The notes beneath the pieces were generated by a model that saw nothing but the letters and a program-made list of their open reading frames with translations, was not told the origin of the DNA and searched no databases. A stretch of 59,723 bases of DNA from Octopus sinensis (taxonomy: Eukaryota). Within the stretch, counting starts at the first letter, position 1. Each line of letters starts with the position of its first letter. A program made the position numbers and the translations under genes. The stretch covers positions 1 to 59,723 of the forward strand of contig NW_021832581.1 of the NCBI RefSeq assembly GCF_006345805.1, given 5' to 3'. Below are positions 1 through 14,644 of the stretch, piece after piece.

Positions 1-313
1 AAGCAATGCTAGGAGGACAAACACAGACACACAAACACACACATACATATATATATATATGTACATGTATACGATAGGCTTCTTTCAGTTTCCGTCTACC
101 AAATCCACTCATAAGGCTTTGGTCGGCCCGGGGCTATAGCAGAAGACACTTGCCCAAGATGCCACGCAGTGGGACTGAACTCGGAACCATGTGGTTGGTT
201 AGCAAGCCACACTGCCACTCCAGCGACTATGTTTATATATTTATTGCCTAAACTGGCAAAATGACCATTCCGAATTATAACCATGTATATATATATGTAT
301 ACATATATAGTTG

Positions 314-357
<44 letters not shown>

Positions 358-389
358 ATATGTGTGTGTGTGTATATATATATATTGTA

Positions 390-666
390 TACTCTTTTAC
401 ATGTTTCAGTCATTTGACTGTGGCCATGCTGGAGCACCGACTTTTGTCCAGTAGATCGACCCGAGGACCTATTATTTGTAAACCTAGTACTTATTCTATC
501 GGTCTCCTATACCGAACCGCTAAGTTATGGGGACGTAAATACACCAGCATCGGTTGTGAAACTATGTTGGGCGGACAAACACAGAAACATACACATACAC
601 ACACACATACATACATACATACATACATACATACATACATACATACATACATACATACATACATAC

Positions 667-698
<32 letters not shown>

Positions 699-866
699 CA
701 TATATACGACAGGCTTCCTTCTGTTTCCGTGTACAAAGTCCACTGACAAAGCTTTGGTCGGTCCGTAGGCTATGGTAGAAGACATTTGCCCATGGTGCCA
801 CGTAGTGGGATTGAACCCGGAACCATGTGGTTGGTAAGCGAGCTACTTCCCACACAGACACTCCTG
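390..866 (-). mobile_element. tRNA-derived SINE family A with internal (TA)/(CA) microsatellite (other copies: 1-226 -, 25843-26252 +, 34400-34910 -, 35213-35600 -, 49816-50205 +, 52084-52561 -)
   Basis: Shared head aggcgcaggagtggctgtgtggtaag...ggttcagtccc (Pol III A/B box-like) and shared tail ccagcatggccgcagtcaaatgactgaaac. Confidence 0.85.
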
Positions 867-2801
867 TTTATTAACCTGACAACAAGTTGAAGGTGAGCTC
901 TGACTGGTTGTATTCAAATTAGTTCATTAATGGAATCCGGAACTCTCGTGGGAGAAAAAAAATTTCGTGGCTGGGTCAAATGAGACGATGCGACCACCTT
1001 GGGAATGGGTGGACTGTGCTCACACACGCACAAACACCCACCCGATCGCACACCCACACATATAGATACATGCAAAGACGCATACTCGTAGATATTTATG
1101 CTTTAAAAATGTTGACCTTAAAACCGTGACATTCTGAAGAAACTGTATGAGTGTGTGGGTCAGCCAATATGTGTGTGTGTGTCTGTGTGTGTGTGTGCTT
1201 TCATTTCTGTTTCGCTGAATTTGTGAAAGCGGGACGGAGAAGTTGTTGACATCGATGACAATTTTCGTATATTGCTTCTTTTTTTTTTAATTTTTCAGTC
1301 ATTAAATTGCGACCATGCTGGGTTACCGCCTTGCAGGATTTTTAGTCGAACCAATTGAACTCATTAAAGTACATTTTTTCAGCCTGGTAAGTATCCGCTC
1401 AGTATATATATATATATATACGCAGTCTTTAAATCGTAGTCTTCGTTTCTGCTGGGGGTTCTTTCCATAAAGAAGTTTAGCATATAGCATCTGTTTAGGG
1501 ATCCTCTGATCATTAATCTAAAGAAAATGTCCAGTCCATCATTATACTCTGTGCTTTTATAATTTGACAAATTCAACCGCTCTTCTCTGGGCAACATATT
1601 TTCCTTTTGATGCTTTTAAAATATGAAAATTACTTTGACAGTCATTGACCAGAACAAGATGAAGATCTCAGTCAGTAAAGGAATTTGTCTGGGGTCATCA
1701 AAGTTTGAAGTTACTCTTTTTAGTTTTATAAAGTCACTAAAAGTCTTACGTTTTCTCAATTTATAGAAAACTAACACTTTTATAAATGTGTTTATTGCTA
1801 CGCATTAAATGTTAAACTAAATTTGCTCCAGCTGGTCTATATAAACAGTAACCTATAGCTTTGAACAGCTTTATTATTTTGTTGTGTATTTACATGGCAT
1901 ATAATGTGTGAATAGAATTTCTCCCCCAGTTATCCAAGCAAAAAATCAGAAACTTATGTTATCAATTTATTTAGAATAATTTTGTACAAAGTTTGATACA
2001 AAATAATTTTGTTGTGTCTGGGGAGAGTCATTCTCTTTTAGTCCTTATTATTTAACACACTCACCGGTAAAATTTCGTTTTGCTTTAATAGTAATTATCA
2101 ATTTCTGAATAAAGTTTCTTTTTATCTAATTTAAATATCTTGATTATTTAATTTGAAAACAATCAGGTTTGTTCACTTCTATCACAAAAGAATCCAATAA
2201 AAAGTGGAGAATACTTATGAATCTTCCTTTCCAATTCCACAAAAGTCTGCTCGGTAGAGCTTCCTGTCACATCTTATAATGTACATAAAGGTCTCATGTG
2301 TTTTACTTATTTAATCTTGGTCTCTGCTGTAAGAACTTGAAATCTAATTTCAAATTAAAATAACAGTGGAGTAATATGAAGGTAAATATTGTAAGGAAGA
2401 ATTGTACTCTTCCTTTATCTGAAGTTACTTAAAAAGAGGGAGACACTGTGGCTTTTCCACAATCACATGCAATTAAAACAACAAATGTTGTGTCAGGATT
2501 TTTCAGCACAGCTATTGTTTAATTATAATTTTTTTGATTTATTTTCATAAGTATAATAGTGAAGTTTTATTTTTACTGACGAAAATTTCAGTAATTAGTA
2601 AATAACGAAGGTCATAAAGTAAGAATATAAAATTAGAATATTGTATATTGAACTCAAAACCCCCTGAAATTTTATTCAACCACCACCACTTTGGAGAGGC
2701 CTGTCTTAAACCACAACAGGACAAAGTGAGATATATCCTTAGATACATCATGTATTATATAGAAATACTATCTCTATAGGATATATAAAGGGAAAAGACA
2801 T

Positions 2802-2842
<41 letters not shown>

Positions 2843-2949
2843 AGGCATTCTACTCTCAGCTAAAAATGAAGGTAGATAACTATCAATATAGCAGAAGATA
2901 TTAAAGCTGTCTATATAACAATGGGGTTGTTTAGGGGGGGGGGATTAGA

Positions 2950-3001
2950 TATACAACAACAGCAACAACAATAAATGAACATTTCAAAGTTTGTCTTTAT
3001 T
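2950..3001 (-). terminator. Probable polyadenylation signal of the gene
   Basis: AATAAA on minus (tttatt 2996-3001) ~220 nt after the stop, followed ~25 nt later by a GT-rich tract (TGTTGTTGCTGTTGTTG). Confidence 0.55.
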
Positions 3002-3218
3002 TTAAATGTGAATTTTTAACAAAGGAGCCAAACCAGTGAAGGGATCACTATGTGGCTGATATACCTGCTAGAATTAGTAGCTAAATTCACACGATATCAC
3101 TGTACAGAAGGGCATATTGGACAATGTGGTTGTGGGTTCTCTTTGGAAATAGGCATGATGGTCCTGACTGGAATGCGTTTGATCATAAGTCTCTGTGTAA
3201 CAACAGTTACACAGAAAT

Positions 3219-3418
3219 TTACTTTGCGTCTAATGACAGACATTCCATCGCAGCAAAACATTCAGCTTCTTCAAGAGCTGCACTTAATGTTGCGTGTGTC
3301 CGTGTTTCTGGGTCGCAATTTTTGAACCATTCGTAAAGAATCTGGTAGCCTTGTTTTACAGTGACATTAGACTCATCATCAATTTTCAGTTTAGTTGTAT
3401 CAACTCCTAAAACAACAA
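3219..3418 (-). CDS. Terminal death-domain exon (V)[65 protein letters not shown]
   Basis: ttttgcAG acceptor, phase 1; ORF 3219..3512; Q-x-Y-x-I-L-x-x-W and T-x-x-x-L-x-x-A-L death-domain patterns; TAA stop. Confidence 0.88.
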
Positions 3419-6400
3419 CTGCAAAAGACACAACAATAAGAAATAAATGCAACAACATTGACAATAACATAAAACGCTGTGTACTGTAGGTTGTTATGAA
3501 TATAACAAACAAACTTTATCAATAGAGAAGTAAAAAAAGAAATAGCTAAGAAACATGAAAAATATAAGACATTGTTTTCTATTGACAAAAATTACAAAGA
3601 GTTTGAATTAAACGAGATTTTTAAAGAAAATTAATTGAAAATTATACTTGAGAAAATATATGGTAAACGAGGGCAGGAAAACTTTTGTGAAGGCAAAAGT
3701 ATATCAGAACCTCAAGAATTAACATTGACCTCCAACAGTGAAAGCATATGATCCATCCATTTCCTCTGCTCAATATTCTTGAAAGGGCTGTGGGGAAAGA
3801 GTCCTCAGGCACCTCCTCCATAGGGTCCTATCAGAAGCATCCATCATTAGACATTCTGCTTGTATTCTATGATGTGAAGAACTAAGACTATGGATATCAT
3901 CCAACCATTTCTTTCTTGGCCTCCCCCTCGGTATCGTGTTCCATTGGTTTGACTTTGAGAACCTGTCCTGTAATTCATTGCTGCAACACCCTGATCACAT
4001 GTCCGAGGTACCACAGATGTGGAGGAGACGTGGCTCAACCTGGAGAGACTCCCAGATCTCTGAACTGTAAATCCTATTGAGTACCAAAGACCCTTTAGAA
4101 GAACCCCATACATCTGTCATATTCTGTTAGATTTCAGAACTGGTATTCAAAGGGTCATGAAAGTACTGTCCCTCAGTGTCATCTACTACCTTGCAAAGAT
4201 CCCAAGAGGACACTGGAAATCGAATGATCAGTGATTGTCCAACAGTCGATAATTCTAAGTCAAATTCAATCCCATTTTAAACTTCTCCAATGAACTCCAG
4301 GTTCGATCAATTCTACAGAGCCTATTCAGTTATTATTATGTCAGTCTGAATGAGAGATGCCCCCTGCAGTTCGGCTTGACTTGTGAATGTTCATTTTCTG
4401 GTAAATTCCCTTAAAGGAATTCTCTGTTTTCGCCTGAGGAGAATGATAGGATTTCGCTGTGTCACCTTTATTAAATCTCTTTTTATTGAAGCATTTACAG
4501 ACATATGTCATGTGGTAAAGTCATTGCAAAATGGCAAAATAAATTGGAATTATCAGCTTCCAACACAATAACCCAATAAATAATGGCTGCAAGAAGAACC
4601 AAACTCAAAGTTTTCTGTTGAATAAGATTCTTTGTTTTAGATGTGAACTTTGGTACTTGTCCTTCATTACAATAACCTAACAGTGAACCTAAAGAAAATG
4701 TAAAACAAATTCACTCACCTGTTTACCCTTAAACAATATATTTTAGTTCCTCTTCCAAAAGATAATATTAACGCCATTTGTGTTTTCTAGTTTATCCATT
4801 ATTACCAACCATGCTAACCTCAGTGGATATTTTATGAAATATCAGGAATATCGTAAATAAAATTGTCATACAGGTAACCTATCAATTGGAAATGAGGAAT
4901 GTAACTTGTTCTCATTCATTCTGACAAATAAAATAGATCAGGTGAAAGTAAAATATATAGAAATCAAATATACTCACCTATTTGCCACCAATCACGTCCT
5001 AACCTCTTAGCCACTCTCAGAAGATCCCTCTCCTTCAGAACTGGACTCTCTGAAATAAATATTTCCAGCTTTTATAATTGATTGTAAAACTTATTTATCT
5101 CTATAAATATTCTGTAGTTTATTGTTGTGGGACATTGTTATCATCAGTGGTTGGCTGGTGACCACTAGGGTTTTGCTCAGTATTTTTATACTTTCCATTG
5201 TGGGACCAGGTAATAGCTCAATATTTAGGCCCGCAACAAAATAGACTAACTTTCCGAAACCTTGTTTCTCTTTAACAGAGACATCCTACATAATCTAACA
5301 ATGTTGCAATTATTTCATTTAATTATCATTTCATGAGACTGTTTCTTCTCATAGTTCTCTCTCTCCTTTCATATATCTGTACCAAATCTATGACATGTGA
5401 CTGTCCTCTGAACTCTACACGTCACTAACCACCATTCTCCTCATCTTCTGCTAAAGTCCAATATCATCCAATGTGGTCTCCAAAGATCTCGTCACAAATG
5501 CATGACACACCACTTCAAGTAAAATAAACGTAATACCTGTTCTCTTTGCTGTTGGTAATCTTGAATTTTATCATCCCACATCTCAGTTCACCTGGTCATT
5601 ATCTGGTACAGGGAATATTTTAAGACTCCTTAATAAAGGTGAGCAATGATCAGTTCTCCAAAGATGAAACAAAAAGTGATATCAGGTGTCCTAAAACACT
5701 GTACACTTGTACAAAACCCCATTCACTACATACAACTTGACATCTACACATTATTGCAGGGAAGACATCTGAAATGGTACAAAAGGACTGATACTCAAAA
5801 ATATATAAGAAAGACGGGAATACAAAGTGCGAGCTCCAAATCTTTTATTTTCCAGAATGTTTGGCATATTTATTTCTTTTAACCCATCTTCGTTCTGTGA
5901 CTTGATCTCAATGACTTTACTCTTATTGCAAAATTAGGTAGTGTACCATCGTCGTAATAGTTTTTCAAGTTTCCCTTTAAACTTCATCAGGGTTTCTCCT
6001 GCTATTTTGACCTTCACTTGTTTCTGCTGACCTTTCACAAATGACGGGCTGCATTACTCATTTGCATTGAACCACATTCTTCACCAAGTTCCTCAGTCTA
6101 CCCAGTTAATCCAGAACTATTTGCATATCCTTTTATTTGTTGTTACTATTGTTATGTAATCCATTAATGTCTTCTCGAGTGTTTTCCTTTGAGCCATTTC
6201 TTATCAATCTGCTGATTTAAGTAACCTCTCCATAACAATCACAAACCAAATGACTGATATTGTAGAAACTACAGCAATTCCTGCTTCAAAATGATACCAG
6301 TCTGCCGAGAAAGTTTTCCTCATGAACTGCATATCGAAATTGTTATAGCAGCTCCTCATCAGATCCTTAATCTTTTCTCATATATAAAACAGGTCCACTG

Positions 6401-9400
6401 CTTCCATCAACAATTTGTTTGCTAGAGAACCATAAACCAGATCAAATCACACAACATTCAATCCCTTTTATTCTTCTTTCCGTCTTGTATCACATCCTAG
6501 ATTTAAGACACATGTTCCACACAGCCAGGAATGCCAGAGGATTCCAGTCTTCGAGATACTTTTAGTCCCATATTCATTATTCTGTAGATTTACAGTTGAT
6601 CTCTTTGTGAATACAACCTTGTAAATCTTGCCATTTATATTCAAGGTTGAAATTAGTCTGAACTAATCAATCGGTATTTGATTGCTGGTTTCAATGGACA
6701 TTTCAAACTGTCTATGAATGGGAATCATTGCTTTTGCTTTGGATCTCCTGCATATATCCATCCAGTTCATCTTAATGTATTTTAGCTTTCTGTTCTCAGT
6801 ATCTGCAAACAGAATTTCCTTGTAGAAGTTAAAGAGGCGTTTAATTTTGTTGACGACATGATCATTTTTCTAGGGCTTTTGGAGCAAGATTGTGCCCAAG
6901 GCCCTTTTTAAAGTGGTTGATGTTAGGAAAGGCACATCACCATAGAAAAGCCGGAATGTGTTCCTCATCCAATCAAGGCGGACAGTATTTGTTAATAAGA
7001 ACTGACATGGATAGGAATCATCCATCCAATCGATAGGAGCATAGACATCAGATGATAAATGATGAGGGTCATCAGTGTCTATCTTGGAGAGAGAGGGAGA
7101 GAGAGAACGGTTGTCTCAACATCAAACCTAATACTTTTACATGAATAAAGACAATGTTTAGGGGATGTAATGATAAATTTATTATCAGTGAAAAAAAAAA
7201 GGCAGGGTGTTCACATAAGGAACACATTTCATTGTAAATCTGTCACATTATGAGAGATATTTGCCTAAATAGCAACAACAGCAATAACCTATCAGTAAAC
7301 TTAGTAACTACATATTTTAGTCCTCCGTTTCAAAATACAGTATTAATTCTATTGTCTTCTAAATTATCCATTTTCCGAACCATGCCAACCCCGTTGGATA
7401 TTTTGTGAAATTCCATTGATATCAAAATGTCTAATAGAATTATTATACAGCTAATATTTCAGATGTAAATTAGGAATGGATCTTGTCCTCAGTCATTCTG
7501 ATAAACTACAAATGCTCAGGTGAAGGTTAAAAATATAGAAATCCATGAGGTACTGTTATTTGCTACTCACCAACTGGCTGTGATGTTGTCAAGGCATCCT
7601 TCACAGAAGTTGGAGTCTTACGTTTTATAGTATAATTTCATTATAGTTATTGATAATCAACACTTTATTATTGTGGGAAGGGCATACAGCTGTAAAAACT
7701 AGTTCGTAGGGATGTGGTTGTGTACCCATGTAAAAGTTATGTTTACTTTGAGGGTAACAAGGTGTAAAATATCAGATGAGGGTACAAGATAATGCTATGA
7801 AACATTCACAAAAACAAGTTTAAGAGAGTTAATGAATGATAGCTGATTAATTATCATGTTAATGCGGCGTATAAACACTAACTATCAATATAGATTGTAT
7901 AAAATCTGTGTGAAGAACATGTGACATTTGTTACATTAATATGGTTGTGTCTCAGCACAGTTGATATTATGGTAGTTCCATGAGAAACCATAGAAAAATG
8001 TAACATTTCCAGTACCGAATACTAATGATGAATTCTTTTCTTGGTCAAATAACAATGACCAGGTTCCATGATCTAATTTCACAACATAACAATCAAGTCG
8101 GAAGTAAAACCAAAATGTGAAAGACTGAAAACAGTGACTCTCTTACAATTGAAACCATCTCAAAGCCAACAATTGTCAGTATAACGATGTCTATATATGG
8201 ACAAGAAACGTTATTGAAACATCGTAACAAGCGATAATTATATATATATAGTTAGAAAAGAGTTGTGAGTTCAAGTCACACTGGAATCTCATACGTTCAT
8301 TCCTTTCCATGTATTGCATATGTTAGCATCAATGTTTTGTTCAAATGTGAACATATGTTCTCTGTTCAATATGAATGTTATCAAAATCACTGAACCGGTT
8401 TTCACAATCGATATTATTATACTGAGCTAATATGTTATACCAGACAGGAAACTACTGTAACAATCTAAGACAAAGAATTATGATGAGTTACTGGAAGACA
8501 TCATCATCATCATCAACATTCAAAGTTTGTTTTCCATGCTGGAATGGGTTGGAAAACTTGACAGGATCTGACAAGCCAGACAACTGCACCAGGCCCCAGA
8601 TGGTTTCTTTGGCATGGTTTTCTATGGTAGGATGCTCTTATTGATGCCAACCACCTCACAGAGTGTACGTGGCCCCTTTGTGTAAAGCACAAGTACTGGC
8701 ATATTTAGCCAAAAGACATGTAAGACAAAGACCCCACAGCCGGGAGAGGGGGTATCGCAAATTTCTCTCCCCGCATCCTGATTCTTTTGTCATCACATTC
8801 CCTTCTCACCTCCTGAAAATGTCATCAGCTTCAGTGAAGCAAAACATCATAGAGTAGTGAGGACCGTCTAATTATATAGAATGTAACACAACTTGATTAC
8901 TACTTGTGCTATAATTAAATGCTCCCAGAACACACTAGGAAGTGGTTGGTGGAAACTAGGAAAGATGACACCACAAGTTTGAAAGGAACGTTTGATATTG
9001 TTGGGAAATTGATGATCATTTCTAATGCTTGTGCGACAATAAAATATACCCAGGACCCTTTATAAAGTGGTTGGGGTTAGAAAGGGTCTACCACCTTAGA
9101 AAAGCTGCAATGTTTAAGTGAGATGTTTTCCTCAACAAATGACGGTTGGCAGTAATTTCAGATACAACTGACTTGGACAGTGATGACCCACCTAGTGTAT
9201 GGGAGCATGGAGAGCAGATGAGAAAAGATGAAGATGATATCATTTATTGTATTGAAACTTTTAACCAGCATCTTTCTTGAAAAGACGGAGAGAAAGAGCA
9301 TGAGTGAGAGAGAGAGAATGAATGAGTACAATGAGATGACAAACAGGGCGAATATTCTCCTTAACGGGAGAGAACCGTTTCAGGGTTTATATTTAATTTT

Positions 9401-12400
9401 TGTATCTTTCTTTCTGCGAGTGAATGAGTAACTGATGTTTGCATAAAGTACATTTATTGGATATTCGTGTTGTTGTAGAAGAACAGAATTTCTTTATAGC
9501 TAAGCATTCAAATGAAATCTAGCATTGGAACCTGTTCTCGGTCATTCTATTGACCAAAATAGCTCAGTAAAAGCTAAAATTTATAGAAATCAATTTTGTA
9601 ATGTCATTCTATACTCAGCACGTGGCCCTTCTACTGTCTGGACCTCTTTGTCTTCAAATATTGGCCTTGCTGAAATAAATATTTCCAAGATTATACTTTA
9701 TAGTAAAATTTCTTTAATGAACATCGATATTTTATAATTGTGAAATATTCCTATAACCAATAGTCAAGATTAACCGTCCCAAATCCCCCCACTCTGTAGG
9801 TAACGAAGGGCTTCTCCCTAAGAGTGGAAAGCAGATTGTATGAGACTTGTGTACGGACATATGTACAACACAATAATGAAAGATAGGCTGTGAAGATAGA
9901 AGACATGCAAAGGGTTGGAGACAAATGAAGCCAGCATGCTCCACTGGATGTACAACATCAGTGTTCAGGTAAGTCACAGTGGAAATGTCTTAAGAGAAAA
10001 TCTGGGTATAAGAGTCATCCGATGTAGAGTTCAAAAGAGAGATCTTTCATAGTATGGTTATGTGATGCATATGGATGAGGTGATCAGCATAAAGAGATGC
10101 GGATCTCTAAATGTGGAGAGAAGCTGAGGAAGAGGAAGACTGAGGAAGACATGGGACAAAGTGGTGAGAAATGATGTTCAGATGCTGAGCTTCACACGGG
10201 AAGATAACTAAAACGACTGAGACAATCAGCAATTTTCTGTGCTTGAAAAGACCCAACTGGCTAAGTGACATCGAGGCCATCAAGGCATGTCCTTTATGTG
10301 CATACCTTCAACCCTGAACACAATCTGTCCCCTAAAAAACATCCCCATTAACCTAGAAACCATACACTCTTTCCCCACCATGATCCTTAAAAGGTGTAAA
10401 ATGTTAGGTGAGGGTACACGATGTTCCTATGACAAAATAAGTTTACATTTCAGACATACAAATGTAAGAGAGTTAATGAATTATAGCTTATTAATTATCA
10501 TGATAATTGGGTACATATGTGATACAATGGCACTGTGCTTGACGGTGCAATACTAGATATTAATATAGATTGTATATAATCTGAGTAAAGAACATATAAC
10601 CTTCATTACAATGAATATGATTGTGTCTCAGCAAACGAAGAAAGATATAACCAAGTCCACTGCCAAATACTAATGATTAATTCATTTCCTGGTCAAATAA
10701 CAATGACTATCTTTCATTAAATAATTTGAACGCAACGATGTCAGTGTGCACACAAGGCAGAGTGAAGAGGCCTGAGAGAAGTGTTAGACATAAGAAGCAT
10801 CAGATGTGGTGCACAAGAGAGACAACTGCACTGGTATGGTCATGTGTATGGATGAGAAGAGCCGTGGGAAGAAGTGTTGCACCCTAACAGTGGAAGGAAC
10901 CCGTGGAAAGGGGTGGCCCAGGAAGACAGGGCATGACGTGGTGAAACGACCTTCGAACGTTGGGCCTCACAGAGGTAATGGCAAGAGACAGAGACCTCTG
11001 TAAATATGACGTGATTAAGAGGACTTGGCAAGTGAAGTGAGATCACAGCTGTAGCCTATACCAGTGGCGCATAACCAGCCCTTTTTAAAAGTACCCTTGA
11101 ATCACAGAGTGATAAGTTGCGCTTGAGAAGAATTTCTGAGTCAAGTAAAACCAAAAACCAGAAATCACAAATCAAAATCAAATCAAGATCGAAATCAAAA
11201 TGGAAATTGTAATTATGGCCGATGCCAGTGCCGCCTGGCTGGCACCCGTGCCGGTGGCCCGTAATAAGTACCATTCAAACATTATTTGTTGCCAGTGCCG
11301 CCTGACTGGTTCCCTGTGCTGGTGGCACGTAAAAAACACCATCCGAACGTGGTCAATGCCAGTTCCAACTTCAACTGGCCCCTGTGTCGGTGGCACGTAA
11401 AAAGCACCCACCACACTCTCGGAGTGGTTGGCATTAGGAATGGCATACATATGTGGAAACCTTGCCAGATCACATTGGAGCCTGACGCAGCCTACTGCCT
11501 TGCCAGTGAAATCGTCCGACCCATGCTACTATAAAAACGGACGTTAAACGATGATGATGATGAGGAGGATGATGATGATGATGTTGATGATGAGTTCCAT
11601 GACCAAATGACAATATTAACTCTATTGTGTCTTCTAATTTGAACATTATTACCAACAGCATTAACCTCAATGGGTATTTCATAAACTCTCAGTAAATCGA
11701 TATCTTTAATTCAATTATTATACAGATAATCGTTCAATTGGAAAATAGGAATGGAAGCTGTTTTCAGTTATTCTTTCGAGCACAATATACTCGGGGGAAG
11801 AAAACCTTACAGAAATCAATTGGGAACTATTATTTTATACTCACCAATTGCCTGAGATGCAGCCCCTAATTCCTGACATGTAGCCTCTGTTTGTACACAC
11901 CTGTCCTCAAACTTTGGAGCCTCTGAAATAAATATTTCCAAGTTTTACATTTAATACTAAACTTTCTTCATCTTTATTTTTATTAAACCCTATCTTTTTA
12001 TCGTGAGACATTCAATTCCTGTTGTTATTGGTCAAATGTTGACCATTATGGTTTTGGTCAATATTTCTGTACTTTCTACAGTGGTCCCATGTAATAGCTC
12101 AATATGACCACAATAAAACAGACTATCATTTCTAAATCCACCCTCACTTCTCTCTCTCTCTCTCTCCCTCTCTCTAAAAACACATTAAATATTCAAACAA
12201 TGTTGCAATTATCTTGTTTAATTAACACTTGATAAGAGTTTTCTCTTAGCTTTGTCTTTCTTTTCTTATAACTGTGCCACAATTATGGTATGACACAGTC
12301 CTCTCATCTCTAGAATTCACTAATCAACATTCCTCTCTAATTAAGTAAAACTGAGCCCATAAAGACATGTCCTTTATGTGCATACCCTCCATCCCACACA

Positions 12401-14591
12401 CAATCTGTCCCCTAAAAATCATCTCCACAGCATGATCCCTAACAAGGTGCAAAATGTAAGGTGAGGGTACACAATGTTCCTATGACAAAATAAGTTTACA
12501 TTTCATACATACAAATGTAAGAGTTAATGAATTATAGCTTATTAATTATCATGATAATTGGGTATATATGTGATACAATGGCACTGTGCTTGACGGTGCA
12601 ATACTAGATATCAATATAGATTGTATATAATCTGAGTAAAGAACATATAACCTTCATTACTATGAATATGATTGTGTCTCAGCACAGCTAATATTATCGT
12701 AGTTCCATGAGCAAACGAAGAAAGATATAACCAAGTCCACTGCCAAATACTAATGATTAATTCATTTCCTGGTCAAATAACAATGACTATCTTTCATTAA
12801 ATAATTTGAACACAACAATCAAGACCAGGGTGAAACACTCAGAAATTGTGCCTCTTTTAGCATTAATATCATCTAAAATCTAACAAGTGTGAGAAAAAGA
12901 ATGACTATATGGATGGTAAATGTTGTTCAAACAATAATGTGTAATAAGTTATATATAGTTACAAACAGGATTTGTGAGATCAAGTCACACAGGGAACTCA
13001 TATTTTAATTCCTATTTTATATTTATGTCAACACCAATATTTTGTTTAAATGTAAACATGTTCACCGTTCAATACTAAAGTTAATATCTAATCAACGTTA
13101 ATGATCATTATACTTATAATCTTAGAGATTTGATTTTTAATGTCTTTAATTTATAGCAAAGTTATTCTGACCTGAGATATTCAGGGTACGTACCTAAACA
13201 ACATATCATGACAGACATCTGGCTACATAACAACAACAACAACAATAACCTATGAGAAAACTTAGGAAAGACCTTAGTAGTAAAAGAAACAAAATCTTTC
13301 TCTCGTTAACTCACCTGTTTACAAATAAACACAAAATGTTTTAGTTCTCTGTCCTAAAGACATCATTAACTCTATTATGTCTTCTTATTTAACCATTTTA
13401 CCAACACGTTAACCTTGATTTATGAAATTTCAGTGGAATATTTAATAGAATCCTTTTTACAGCTAATGCGGAAACTAGGGATTGACGAGCGATTATAAGA
13501 GTTGAAGAGGCCCTGTAGTAAGGTGAGGATCGGCAATGGGTATAGTGAAGAATTCCGGATAGAAGTAGGAGTTCACTAGGGATCATTCCTAAACCCCTCG
13601 TTTTCATCATAGTCCACCAGGCAATAAGAGAAATGACAAATCAAAAGCAATTCAAGATCGAAATCAAAATGGAAATTGTAGTTGTGACCGATGCCAGTGC
13701 CGCCTGACTGGCACCTGTTCCTGTGTCACGTTTAAGTACCATAGAAGCATAGGTCCTTGTCACTGCCGCCTGACTAGTTCCCTGTGCCGGTGGCACGTAA
13801 AAAGCACCATCCGAACGTGGTCGATGCCAGCCCCCCCCCCCGACTGGCTCCTGTGTCGGTGGCAAGTAAAAGGCACCCACCACACTCTCGGAGTGGTTGG
13901 CATTAGGAATGGCATACATATGTGGAAACCTTGCCAGATCACATTGAGCCTGGCGCAGCCTACTGCCTTGCCAGTGAAATCGTCCGACCCATGCCACGAT
14001 AAGAAACGATGTTAAATGATGATGAATGATGATGTTCTGTGACCAAATGACAAAATTAACTCTATTGTGTCTTCTAATTTGAACATTATTACCAACAGCA
14101 TTAACCTCAATGGGTATTTCATAAACTCTCAGTAAATCGATATCTTTAATTCAATTATTATTCAGATAATTGTTCAATTGGAAAATAGGAATGGAAGCTG
14201 TTTTCAGTTATTCTTTCAAGCACAATATTCTCGGGGGAAGAAAACCTTACAGAAATCAATTGGGAACTATTATTTTATACTCACCTATTGCCTGAGATGC
14301 AGCCCCTAATTCCTGACATGTAGCCTCTGTTTGTACACACCTGTCCTCACATTTTGGAACCCCTGAAATAAATATTTCCAAATTTTACATTTAATAATAA
14401 AATATCTATATCTTTATTTTTATTAAACTCTATCTTGTTATTGTGAGACATTCAATTCCTGTTGTTATGGTCAAATGTTGACCATTATGGTTTTGGTCAA
14501 TATTTCTGTACTTTCTACAGTGGTCCCATGTAATAGCCCAATATGACCACAATAAAACAGACTATCATTTCTAATCCATCACTTCTCATCT

Positions 14592-14644
<53 letters not shown>

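Larger units (their letters stand above)
4600..10285. repeat. Older, diverged copies of the same intron+exon unit
   Basis: Shared intronic blocks: attaactctattg..tctaa..tatccatt..caaccatg at about 4770, 7345, 13365 and 20025; ggtcaaataacaatgac at 8043, 10691, 12771 and 19430; tgaaataaatatttcca acceptor at 5051 and 9671. Confidence 0.8.

Noticed and set aside
3730-4600. Possible extra exon or retroelement ORF in the last intron
   Set aside because: No convincing motif or phase-compatible exon; probably a decayed repeat that I cannot classify.
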